Source: Geosiphon pyriformis uo1 (taxonomy: Eukaryota; Fungi; Glomeromycota). Taken from it: a stretch of DNA of 64,000 nucleotides. The stretch spans positions 124,001 to 188,000 of the forward strand of contig JAAOMT010000230.1 in the NCBI GenBank assembly GCA_016748015.1. The letters are read 5' to 3'. Under the pieces are notes generated by a model. The model saw nothing but the letters and a program-made list of their open reading frames with translations, searched no databases and had not been told where the DNA came from. Position 1 is the first letter of the stretch; every line of letters starts with the position of its first letter. Shown here piece by piece: positions 52,919-64,000 of the stretch. The position numbers were made by a program, and so were the translations under genes.

Positions 52919-54883
52919 GTGACAATAGATTCAGTAGGCTCTTCTGCTGGTAGGTCAGCATCTGGTTTGGCTGGTGTGGAGACCCATTCTGGCACTAAAA
53001 AAAAGGCGCACGTTGAGAGTGTTTACACTCGTGGTTCATCTTACAAGAAAGTGAAGAAACCTGATGATTCTGGTGTTGTTGTGGATTCGTCGGCTGGCCT
53101 TCTGCCTGTGGACATGCTACATGGTGGTGTTGACAACCGGAAGAAATCTTGGGGCAGCGAAATGGACAGCGAGGAATCAAGTGTTGGCAGAACTTCTAAC
53201 GTTGAGCACATGAAGAACACAATTGTGGAAGAAACGAGCTACGTCAATTTCGACGCTTCCGGGGATAATGAACTAATGAGTAATGCTACGCCAAAGGGTT
53301 TGAGAACAAGAATGTATGTATTTGAACACCTGCCTAAGCAGCCTTCTTTCGTTGATGTGGGTGGTGCTGGTGACGTTTTGGAGCTCCCTCCTCGCACGTT
53401 CAATGGATTCAATCAGTTGCTGCCAGTCACGTCATGTGATTGGGAGATTCGGAGTTTTATTTCAGTGAAATGTTTTGCATTGGATATTGAACTTTCTGCT
53501 GTTCCTGAGAAAACTGTTAGTGATAAGTTGATTCGTGTGAAAAAAATTTTTTATCAAGTTGATGGTTTTGGAGGGGCTTCGACTCCTTCAAAATTTCCTG
53601 GAATAAGAAGGTCATCATTTACATCTGAAAAAAGTTTGATTAAGGCAAGAGAAATGGCAATCTGTGAAAAAATTTTGGTAAATGATGATCTAAAAAAAGT
53701 AAACAGCTGTTCAGATCGGGAGGTGATTGTCAAAGAAATCTCAGTGGATCTTCCCAAATCAGTGATTGAGGCAGTGTTCTCCAAGTTTGGCAAGATTATT
53801 TCAATTAAAGTACAGCTTATTGGTCTTTGGCAAAAGGCCTTAGTAGAATATAAATCATCTGAGATAGCTGATTTGGTCGCGGCTAGATGGTCTGTGCTCA
53901 TGGGTAAAGATTCTGTTCGTGTGGCAAGGGCTGTCGATAATAAACAATCATGGGTATTAAGGGATAGGTTTCGGGCTTTGTTGTATACTCTTCCAAATGG
54001 CACGAATGCTCATAATTTGTCTGAATTAGTGAAGGCTTATGGTGGGAAAACTTGTTTTATAGGCCGTAATCCAACTTCATATGTTTGTAATCAGTGTGCT
54101 ATAATTTGTTTTGAAAGTGAAGCATCCAAGTTGGCTGCTGTTGGTTCGGTTCCAGTTTTCAAAGGTGTGGGCTTGCGTTGGGCTGGTTTTTCTTTGGCCA
54201 GTTGCACTTATTGCAAACTGTTTGGTCATACTGCTGTTGATTGCTTTGTGGGTAGGGGGTCTGGGGGTCATGGGAAACGTGCAGCAACTTTTCAGGATAG
54301 GGTATGGTTGGCCAATATTTATAGGAAGAAGCAGGCGCCAATTGTCTGCCCAGTTTCTTTTGGTGGAAAGACATGGGCCCAAGTTGCAGGCAGCTCTCCC
54401 TCTCGTGTTGCCTCTTCGGGTGCTTCTGGTGTTGGTTTGATCTCTGGTTCGAAGGCTTTCTCAATGAATTTCTTCTCGTCTGGTGCTGCTGATCTAGGTG
54501 GTTGTCTAGCTGTGCTGAAATGCTCTATAGAAATTCTCTCGGACCAAGTCTCGCTCATCTTAAAGAAATTAAGTTTCGTTGACTTGGTGTCATTGGCACC
54601 CTCTCTTTCAGCTCTTCCTTTGGTGTCTCCAACTGCCGTTGTTTCAGATATAGACTCAGATTTGGCTTTGGATAGTACGTTGTTATCGTCTGTCTCTTCT
54701 CCTCCCAATGTTGGTGAGTCAATTGTTGATTTCAGTCCGAGCAGTTCTAAGGTTTTGACTGCCAAGATTGGTGGTTTGGAGTCGAATATGATGGCTCTTG
54801 AGGCTTCAGTTCGCTCAGTTTTGGATAGATTGGATCATCTGCGTTCTGGATCAGGTTTGTTGGCCTTTCCTCCATCTCAATAA
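52919..54883 (+). CDS. LINE ORF1 nucleic-acid-binding protein (RRM-like repeats, CCHC knuckle); open, true start uncertain
   Basis: 654 open codons. IEAVFSKFGKIISIK..WQKALVEY, LLYTLP, CTYCKLFGHTAVDC. Confidence 0.8.
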   Translation: MTIDSVGSSAGRSASGLAGVETHSGTKKKAHVESVYTRGSSYKKVKKPDDSGVVVDSSAGLLPVDMLHGGVDNRKKSWGSEMDSEESSVGRTSNVEHMKNTIVEETSYVNFDASGDNELMSNATPKGLRTRMYVFEHLPKQPSFVDVGGAGDVLELPPRTFNGFNQLLPVTSCDWEIRSFISVKCFALDIELSAVPEKTVSDKLIRVKKIFYQVDGFGGASTPSKFPGIRRSSFTSEKSLIKAREMAICEKILVNDDLKKVNSCSDREVIVKEISVDLPKSVIEAVFSKFGKIISIKVQLIGLWQKALVEYKSSEIADLVAARWSVLMGKDSVRVARAVDNKQSWVLRDRFRALLYTLPNGTNAHNLSELVKAYGGKTCFIGRNPTSYVCNQCAIICFESEASKLAAVGSVPVFKGVGLRWAGFSLASCTYCKLFGHTAVDCFVGRGSGGHGKRAATFQDRVWLANIYRKKQAPIVCPVSFGGKTWAQVAGSSPSRVASSGASGVGLISGSKAFSMNFFSSGAADLGGCLAVLKCSIEILSDQVSLILKKLSFVDLVSLAPSLSALPLVSPTAVVSDIDSDLALDSTLLSSVSSPPNVGESIVDFSPSSSKVLTAKIGGLESNMMALEASVRSVLDRLDHLRSGSGLLAFPPSQ

Positions 54884-57800
54884 GTAGTTTGGTTTGGAAA
54901 TTTGCTACGTGCAACATTCAGGATATCAATGTTCCTGCAAAGCAAGCGGATGTTGTTCGTTGGCATGTAAACTCGGGAAATATGGTTTCTTTTATCACTG
55001 AGACTAAGTTGAGATCCTCTTCTGGGCCATAGATAAAGGATAAATTTGATGGAGTGCGAATATTTTCTTCTGGCTTGGATAAGGGTTTTATGGGTGCTGG
55101 GGTTGCAATTGTTATAAACATTTCTTTGGCCCGTTATGTATCTAAGGTGGAGGAGATTCCTGGTCGGGTTGTTTCTGTTCGGCTTCTGTTTAAGGGCAAG
55201 CTCTCGGTTACTGTTTTGGGGTTGTATGCTGGTGCCTCCTCTGGGGCTAGATTTGGTCAGGCTTCTGAAGTTAACTCTCTCATTGCAAAGGCAGTCAACT
55301 CCAGCAATTTTGTTGTCTTGGGTGGGGACTTTAATGAGAATAGATCTGGTAGAAGTGCTAGTTTCAAGTTTTGTTTAAGCTTGGGTTTGGTCAATTCATT
55401 TGTTGGTCATCATTTGGCTAATTCTTATACATGGAGCAATTCGAGAGGGGTTGAGAAAACGATTGATTACATTTTTGTTGGTAGTAATTTGTCTTCTGCT
55501 GTTGCTGGTCATCAAGTTGTCTCTGTCTCAGATTTCTTTGACACCGATCACAAAGCAGTTGTGGTTTCAGTCGGTTTGGGCAGGCTTCTAGACGTACAAT
55601 TGAATAGTTTGCGCAAGCAGGTGAATAAAGATTGTTGGAAGTTCAAAATCAAGAATGCTGACTGTGTTAGATGGGCTAAGTTTAAGGATCTTTCATCAGC
55701 TAAACTTTTGTCTTTGGGTGAGGTGTTCTCTGGTGCCAAAATACATGGTGATGTGGATGCTATGTGGGCAGTTTTGGTGGGAGCTGTGGTGGATTCTGCT
55801 GATGTGACATTTTCGAGGCACTAGTTTAGTGAATTCAAGTGTTCGAGAAACAAACATTCTTCTAGGTTTTTTGGTCTGGAATTGTTGGTGGCCAAGATTG
55901 TCAAGAAATTTTGCTCTGGTGACTTGCTGGGTGCTAATTGTCTTGTGGGTAAATGGTTGACTCTGGATGACGCGAAGGCTCATGCTTTCAAGGACTTGGT
56001 TGGCTCGGGTGTTAAATCTGATGTTGTTGTTAGGCATTTGTCATTGGTTTGCAGAGATTACAGGAGGTCAAAGATGTTTAAGTCAAGGTTGGCTGAGGAA
56101 ACTTCGGTTAGGAAGGCAATTGAAAAGTGCATGGATAACTTCTGTTCAGATAAGAGTAGTATGATCAGAAGTGTGTTGGAAAAGCCTTTTCATAAGATTG
56201 TGTTGGATCACTTGATAGTTGATGATGATCTGGTTTTGTTGCCTGAGGAGGTAAAGTCCAGTGTGGATAGAATAATGGAGAAGTGGACGAGGAAATGCTC
56301 CGTGCAGCCAGTGCTTCCTGGTCTTTGGGCTCATCAGTACACGCCTTTGGACCATGTTCGGGATGATGCTTTTTCGGGTGTAATGAGTGCAATCGGTATG
56401 GGCAAGTTACTTTTTGTTGTTAGTGGCCTTCCTGATGGCAAAGCTGCTGGTTTGTCTGGTGTTCCTAATGAGTTGTGAAAACATGGTGGTGAGGTGGTTT
56501 TGGGGTGCCTGTTGGCGCTGTTTAATAAATGTTTGTCTGTCAGTGTGGTGCCTGTTTTGTGGAAGAGGGCTTGGGTGTCAATGATTCCTAAGCCTTATGA
56601 CTGGGATAGAGTTCTTATGAACACTCGGCCCATTGCTTTGATTGAGACTGCCAGGAAGATTCTTTGCAAGATTCTGTCTGATCGTATTTCAATGGCTTGT
56701 AGCAAGTTCAATGTTCTTCAGGGTGACAACTTTTTGGTGCTGAAGAGTACATCAACACAATCTCTGGTGTTTGCTGTCAGTTCGGTGATTGAGGATGCCA
56801 TTAAGAAGAATAGGGAGTTGTGATTGGTCTTGTAAGATATGCAGAAAGCTTACAATTCAGTTGGGTGGCATCATTTAAGAGCTAGTTTGTGGTGTGTCAA
56901 GATGTGTGAGAGGTTCATAAGGTTTTTTAGTGGTATTTATGAGGATAGAGTTAATAGGGTGATGACTGACTTTGGTTTGTCTGGTAGTTATAAGGTGCAT
57001 GATGGGTTGGATCAGGGTGAGGTCTTTTCGCCACTTCTTTGGAGAATTTTTTACGATCTGCTTTTGTGTGAGGTTAAGAGGCACGAACAATTGTGTGGGT
57101 ACTGGATTGATACTAAGTTTGTTTCAAAATCTGGCAAAATTGAGAGTGGTGGTGGTTTGACATCGTATTTTTTGGCTGGTGCATTTGTTGATGATATGAT
57201 CTGGGTTGGGAATTGTCAGGCTTCTACTCAATATACTCTGGACATTGCCAGTGAATTTTTTGTGATCAATGATATTTCTATCAATAGTGAGAAGACGGTA
57301 GCTATTCCTATCAATCAGGACGTTAAAGTTGCTTCACTGAACATTTGTGGTCAGCCAATTTCTATTGCCAAGAAAGGGAAAGCACATCAGTATCTGGGTA
57401 TTTTTCTGTCAACTGAAGGGCTCTCCAAGCCATGTGTTGCCAAGGCTCATGCAGATGTATGTTTCTTCATCAATGTTGTGCTTAGGAAGGCTATTACAGA
57501 CAAACAATTCTCCTATCTGGTGTCGGCTGTTTTGCAGCCTATTGTTAGCTATCGCATTCAGTTCAGTTTTGTTTCATCTAATGTTTGTCGCAAGTGGGAT
57601 GTCTTGGTTAGAAAGGGTCTTAGGTCCAAGGCTTGTCTCCCCCGTGATTTTCCTGATGCTGCTTTGCATCATCCCTCATTGTATGGCCTAAAGCCTTTTG
57701 AGCAGGTGCAGTCAGAAGGGAAGGTTGCTGCTTTGATGGCGTTCTCTAATGCTTTTGGTATTCTTGAGCATTTGTTTAGACATAGGTTTTTGGACCTACA

Positions 57801-59565
57801 GGTTCTTGGTTAGGCTCTGTTGGATCCTTTGCAGTTTCCAGTCAGGTTGTGTGTTAGTTCGGTGAACAATTTTTTGGCTGAGATGGTGAAGATCTTTTTG
57901 GGCAATGAGCTTGCTTTGGTGAACAACCTTCCCACTGCATTTTGTAGTCCTGGTCGGTTTCCGTTGTCCTCTGTTCTTGAAAAGTCTCTGTATTTTGATT
58001 CGGTCAAATCTTTTAAACATTTTGGTGTCGCTTTTGGTGATCGGCTTTTTGATAAGAAAAGTGTTTTGTTGAATTGGAAAACTTTTCGTCGTTGGAAAAG
58101 ATTGGATCTGTGTGGCCCTGTGCCTCACTGGTTCATGGTTTCTTCTGAGTTTTTGAAGGGTTAGGGTTACTTATTTTCTGGTTCTATTGGCTCTGCGGAA
58201 AAGCTTGGTTTGGACATTTTAGGATCTGAGGAATTTTCTGCGGTAAAAGATGGAGTGCATGACATTTGGTCGGGCTTTTTTGAAGTTTTTACAGATGGGT
58301 CTTTGAGGAATGCTGGCTCTGCTGAGGTTGCCTGTAGTGCTGCTGCATACTTTCCGGTCTTGGATAAAAGCATTGGTGTCGCTGTTCGTGGCCTTTTGTC
58401 ATCTACTATGGCTGAGTTACAGGCTGTCGCTTTGGCTTTGGAGTGTGTTCCTTCTTCAAGTACTGTGATGTTATATCTTGACAGCCAGGCTGCCATTGAC
58501 ACATGTGTATCTGAGATGTCTTTGGTTGCCCCTGATTTCCGTAATCAATGCTGGCTGGAAAGGCGTCATATTTTCAATTTGGTTAGGAATAAGAATCTTA
58601 ACGTGAGTTGGAGTAAGGTGAAAGGACACTTTGGGATTTCTGGTAATGTGAAAGCTGACTTGGCTGCTGGGACTGCCTCTGGGTCTCCCTTTTCCCTTTG
58701 CGCCGATGTACGTGAACATTTTTTGGTTGCTGAGGGTGTCGCTGTTTCTGGTAATACCCATCATTTTGTCAAGAATATTTTTCAATCAATTTGTTGTGCT
58801 TGCTGGGAAGCTGGGCCTGGTTGTGACATGGTTCCGGGTGTGATGATTGGTTGCATAGACTGGGTTGTCATGGCAAAGGTGTGGCATCCTAATTCTCATA
58901 TGCTTGCTAGGTTCACTAGCCACACGTCCTCAATGCTTCACACTTATACTATGAAGGCTGTGCACAGAAGATTGCCGGTGGTGGTAAGAAAGAGGTTGTA
59001 TGATAAGTGCTACCCTAGTGTATTGTGTTTGTTTTGCAGTGAGGTGGAGTTCTCTGACCACACTTTTACTTGTGTTCATAAGTCTGGCATTTGTGGTGAG
59101 ATTTTGGCGGAGGCTTCTGCTCATTGGTCAGTTTTGGCTGGTGGTTCCCCTGCTTCTGCCGTGTTGTAAGTTTTGTCTTAATGTTCCATTGATGTTGGGC
59201 TGTACACTTTGGTGTGCAAAGAGTTTGTGCTGGAGGAGTGGTATGAGGAGGCTTGTGGTATTTTTGAGGATAGAAAGGTGGCCACTGTTCGGATTATTGA
59301 TTATGTTAGGTTCGTTGTCGGGTTACATTGTGCTAAAGTATGGTTGGTTAGGGCCAGCCACTGGGTGGTAATGGAGAAAGCTGGTCTGGTCTGTGACACT
59401 GGTGTTGTTTCTGGGCTCTTTTGTGGTGTGTCTTCAGTTTTGTCTGATGGTGTTGTGAGATTGCTTGGTGTGGCCAATTCCTTTGCTGTTAGCTTTGGTT
59501 GTTAGAAGCCTTATTGTTTTTTTTCTGGTCTGGGTGGCAGTGTGCAGGTAATTATAGATGTGTAA
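54880..59565 (+). pseudogene. LINE ORF2 (APE endonuclease, RT with FVDD, RNase H, C-terminal CCHC), ~1561 codons with 10 in-frame stops and no frameshift
   Basis: GDFNE, IDYIF, DTDH; RPIAL, DMQKAYNSV, QGEVFSPLLW, AFVDD; FTDGS, AELQA, LDSQ, KVKGH..GN..AD; CLFCSEVEFSDHTFTC. Confidence 0.93.
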
Positions 59566-60084
59566 TGTTGTCTTGTCTGGCCTGAGTGGCTAGCCATATG
59601 TAGAAAGTGCATGAGTCGCGTTTAGTTTGAGCCTTTTAGTTTGGTTCTATGTATTAGATAGCAATTGGGCTACACTCATTAAATGTGTTAAATAAAAAAA
59701 AAAAATTCAATTTTATTTTTAGTAATATGTATAAGAAATGAAACACTGTAATTTATAGAAATTTGAAATTTAAAGCATATTTATTTTTAAATTTTTTAAA
59801 TAATTCAATTTATCATTCTTTCTTATATAATCTAAAAACTTTTAAACAAATATAAATTGAAGACAAATTGGCTTTTATATTGTGTTTCTCTAATATATAT
59901 GGCATCTTAAACTATTTGTTTGAACATAAATCTGTTGATTTATAAGTTTAAAACTGGTTTTTTTACCATTTTTTGTGTTATTTAGTCTGCTTAAAAATTA
60001 GCTCTATTAATAATTTTCTGGCCAATATGATTTGTGTTTTTTGTAAATATTATTTATTTTTAGTTAATTTTTTGTGCTTAGCAT

Positions 60085-63000
60085 TGTTACAGATGATTAT
60101 TTGGAGTCTCAATTCAAATAACAAACCTGTAACTTGGTGCTCAATGACTAATTTGATAGATGATGGTGGTAATATTGATATGTTGTCTTTATCTGAAGGT
60201 TTTGATTGAGTCTTTTGTATAATAGACAGAGATTCAATATTGTCTTTCCAGTAACTTCCTGGAATCGCAATTCCATCAAATTTCTTTCTCAGCATGGTGG
60301 CTGGTAATCTGGCAGTAATCCCCTTCTGGTAAGCTAGCCATTAATATATATAATTTTTATATCCTTCCTTTGAGGTCTTTTACCAGGCTATTTTTGACAT
60401 TAATAACTCAGCACTTAATTTCAATCAATTAGTAACTCCAAAAGAAATAACAAAATAAAATAAAAAAGAAATAAAAGAAAATAAGAAAACAATTAAAAGC
60501 AATTGCAAATTAGTATCCTGTCAATAGTTATGATTAAGAGCTATTGTTCTAGTATGGTTAAATATTACTTACTATCAACATATAGTGTTGATAGTAGAGA
60601 GTGGATTAAGATAACAAATAGTTATTTATTGATGTGGAAGGTTGTTTAGAACAAATTTAAACTGAAAGGTCTGTCTTTTCTACTTTTAACACTACCACTA
60701 TATATACATAATTAAGATTCCTCAATTCCTCAATTCTTCATACTAGGAATCCTGGAATTCCTGGAATCCTGCAATTTTTTTTAAGAGGAATTTTGGAATT
60801 CTGGAATTCTGTGATTCCTTGTACAAGAATCCTAAGATTCCTAAAATCTTGCAATTCTTCTTGAGAGAAATTCTGGAATTCCACATTTACTATGGCTACT
60901 TTTGATTGGCTAATTTATATTCTAATATATTTCTTATATTCTATGAGTAACATTATTTCCTCCATTTTAATATTAAGCTTCATCAAGATCTCCCAAATCT
61001 TCTAGCTCTAATTTTCCATTATTGAGTAGTTCTTGGACTTTTTTTTCGAGAATTATTTGTGTTATTTTGTTTTGTAATTCTTCAAATTAGGCATTGGTTA
61101 TTTTTCCTATTTGGTTGACAGTAACAGTGTCCATTTCAGTGTTAAGCAAAATTTCTGGTCGATCTTAAAATCCAGTATATAGCCAATAAATAACTCTTGC
61201 TTGTATGGTTAAATTGTTTTTTCTCACAAATTGTTCCAGTTGTTGTAGTATTGTTGTATTGAATAATTGTTTTGTCTTATCCATATATAAATTCTGAATG
61301 TTCACATGTTGTTCTAAGTAAAAGTAACAAAAGTTTCTTGGAAATTGTTGTATCCACCAGTCTCAGGTTTTTATAGTCAACTCTTAATATTGGGTAACTT
61401 TGAGTTGTGTTTTTATTGCCAATTTTACTTTTGCCATTATTTTGTCAACAGTGTTTTCTGTTTTTCTTCATACTTTATCTCATAGTCTTTTTTTGGTGTT
61501 TGTATATCTGATAGTTTGTTGATTAATTGTGATTTCCATTTCTTGTTGTTGGATTAATTGAAAGAGTTGTTGTGCTAGTAAGTGAATGTTGTCGGTAATT
61601 TCTATTTTTCTGATGTCTTCTGTCATGTCTACTATGTCTTTATATACTCTTTCTATTGTTTAATTGTACATGTTTGGTCTAATGATTATGATTGGTTCCA
61701 GATCTCATGAAATCTTATCTGGTTGAACTAGTATTCTCTTTACTCCTAATTGTGGAATATTACTGGTAAATAGTAACACTATATAGTAATATGGTTTCAG
61801 TCAATTACTATGTGCTGCTTTGGCTAAAATTTTGTTGTTTTATCTTAATTTATAAGCTTCATTTCCAAGAATTTCTTCTATGTAAAATGGTCCATCTCAT
61901 TTGGGATCAAATTTTCCACTCCATTGTTTTTCCACTTTGGTACAATGTAGAAGTACTTTGTTTCCAATCTTGAATTCAACTGGTTTATCTGGTAGTTGGT
62001 TATCATGTCTTTTTTTTTGTTTTTCCTGTGACTTTTGGATGTTATTAGCTGCTTTTCGTTGTTTGTTTTCTAGTGTTTCCATCAAGTTATATGTTTTTTT
62101 CAACAATGTTTTCTGAAAATTGTCTTCAGTTATTGGTTCTGTTGAATAAGTGTTGATTTCTATCTCAACTGGTAATGTTGCTGTTCTACCGTATACCAAT
62201 TTAAATGGTATTGCTTGTGTGGTATTTTGCTTCATTGTCCGATAAGCAAATAGTACTGATAGTATGAACAAATCTCATTTGTCCTGGTTTTCTTGACTGA
62301 TTTTGGTAATTGCTTCACACAATGTTCTGTTAAACCTTTCAATTAACCCATTTGTTTGTGGATGGTATAGTGATGATAATGGTCTTTCGATTCCAAATCT
62401 TTAACTTAATTTTGCTAATGTTCTATTTACAAAGTGAGTTCTTTAATCAAATAATAATTTTTTTGGACATTCATATCAACAGATTAAATCTTGGTGGACA
62501 AATTCAGCAACAGATTCTGCATCTGCTCTTTGAATGGCTTTTGCTTCTGGCCATTTTGTGAGATAATCTATGGCTACTGCAATATATCTGTTGCCTCTGC
62601 TAGTGATTGTTAATGGTTCGACTAGATCAATTCCAATGCAGTCAAATGGTTGTCCTACTTTGATTGGTCTCAATGGTTTACTGGGTTTTGTTTCACCTCT
62701 TCTCTAACAAACATCACAATTTTGAACATATTAGATAATGTCTGGATATATAGATGGCCAATAATATCGTTTTCTGGTTCTTTTTATGGTTGCTTCTTTA
62801 TGAAAATGTCCTGCTGTTGGATCTGAGTGCATGTTGAATAATATTGTCTCTCTCTCTGGTTCTGTGACTACTCTGGTTGGTTGATTTGGCTTTCTTCTGT
62901 TCTTCTGGTAAAGTATATTTTAATGGTTGATAAAATATTTTGATTGTTGTTTTATGTTTCTTTGTTCCTTTTGAGATAATTTCTTCTTGAACAATTAAGT

Positions 63001-64000
63001 ATTTATATAATATTGTAGTTGTTGGTATTTTTGGATATTTATTTTTTGTTATATTTTTGGGTTAAGATGTTTTAGATTTGTCTCATTTGTGACAATCTGT
63101 TGGCATTTTCATTGTCTTTTCTTTTTTTATAATGTATGGTATAATTGAATAGTGAAAGTTCTATTTTCTATCTGGCATGGCAATTGTCTCTGAATTCTTG
63201 TTTCTGGATTGAAGTCAATCCCTTGTAATCAGTGTACACATTAAACTTTTGACTCAAGTATTTTTTCCACTTGATAACAGCCCAATAGATAGTTAAGTGT
63301 TCTAGTGCTGAAGTTCCATAGTTTTTTTCAGCTGGACTTAAGCTTCTACTGGCATAAGCTACTGAATGCTCTCTTTCATTTGATTCTCTCTGCGATAGTA
63401 CTGCTCCCAATGCTTGACCTGATACATCAGTGGTAATAATAAATGGCTTGCTATGATCCAGATAGATCAGTACTGGAGCTTGAATAAGCTTTTTTTTTAA
63501 TGTATCAAAAGCTTCTTGCTGGGTTTCTGTTCATTTATATTTGGTGTTCTTTGTTTGGAGCTAATGTAGTGGTTGAGCTATTTTGGAAAAGTCTTTGATA
63601 AAGTGGCAGTAGTATCCAGCAAATCTCAAGAATGCTTTCAATTTTGTGAGATTATTTGGTACTGGAAAGTTTTTAACAATCTCAATCTTGTTTGAATCTG
63701 TTTTAATTCTGTCTTTGCTCACTACATGTCCCAAAAACTTGAGTTCTATTTTTCCAAAGAAACATTTGATTGCATTTAGCTTTAATCCGGCTCTTTTTAG
63801 TCTTTCAAACACTTGTTGGAGATAATGCAAATGATTATCAAATGTTTTTGAAAACACATTAGTGTTATCCAAGTATACGACTACTGATTTTTATAGTAAT
63901 CTAGTATAGACAATTTCCATGAGCTGTTGAAATGTTGCTGAAGCATTCATCAAGCCAAATGGCATGAGTTCAAATTCAAAATTCTCTTCTCTTGTTGTAA
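60085..64000 (-). mobile_element. Ty3/Gypsy element D, 3' part, runs off the window: 3' LTR 60085-60952, ORF3 60973-61605, integrase 61660-63042, RT/RNase H 63072-64000
   Basis: TGTTAC...GTAACA LTR related to A, followed by a PPT. GIDLV, DYLTKWPEA, KNYGTSALE, MPFGLMNA motifs. Confidence 0.9.

Larger units (their letters stand above)
52783..59703 (+). mobile_element. Full-length, least decayed LINE (non-LTR retrotransposon with RNase H)
   Basis: 5' motif, ORF1, ORF2, 3' UTR and poly(A). Candidate TSD AATTTAATT (52774-52782) / AATTCAATT (59704-59712). Confidence 0.93.
43130..60084 (+). mobile_element. Old AT-decayed LINE acting as host for five insertions; own sequence ~43130-45824, 46749-47866, 51526-~52222, 52594-52782, 59704-60084
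   Basis: Decayed translation follows ORF1 then ORF2 collinearly across each insertion (e.g. ...NYRI*FN | FNFIFSNMYKK). Confidence 0.75.

Noticed and set aside
53554-59124. Numerous antisense and alternate-frame ORFs over the LINE
   Set aside because: Shadow ORFs of the GC-richer coding frames with no motifs of their own.

Overview
Eukaryotic, fungal-type DNA with short GT-AG introns and a trifunctional HIS4. The repeat families resemble, from memory and unverified, those of Glomeromycotina such as Geosiphon. A two-gene island at about 1.1-9.4 kb holds a Sec2/Rabin8-like Rab-GEF gene (+, 2 exons) and HIS4 (-, 4 exons). The rest is a deeply nested retrotransposon stack decayed mostly by C>T/G>A transitions. 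It contains RNase H-bearing LINEs (two full-length, one old host copy, two 5'-truncated), up to three ORF1-only non-autonomous LINE relatives sharing the LINE 3' UTR, and Ty3/Gypsy elements (A, B, partial D, internally deleted C, one solo LTR and one LTR fragment). The most striking system is the Gypsy architecture, supported by three independent copies. A single Gag-PR-Cys-rich-dUTPase-RT-RNaseH frame (seen whole in A and B) stops right after RNase H in all three. Integrase follows as a separate ORF behind a variable A/C-rich spacer, and a conserved ~210-aa non-Env ORF3 precedes the PPT. Each family's LTR U3 carries its own tandem repeat.
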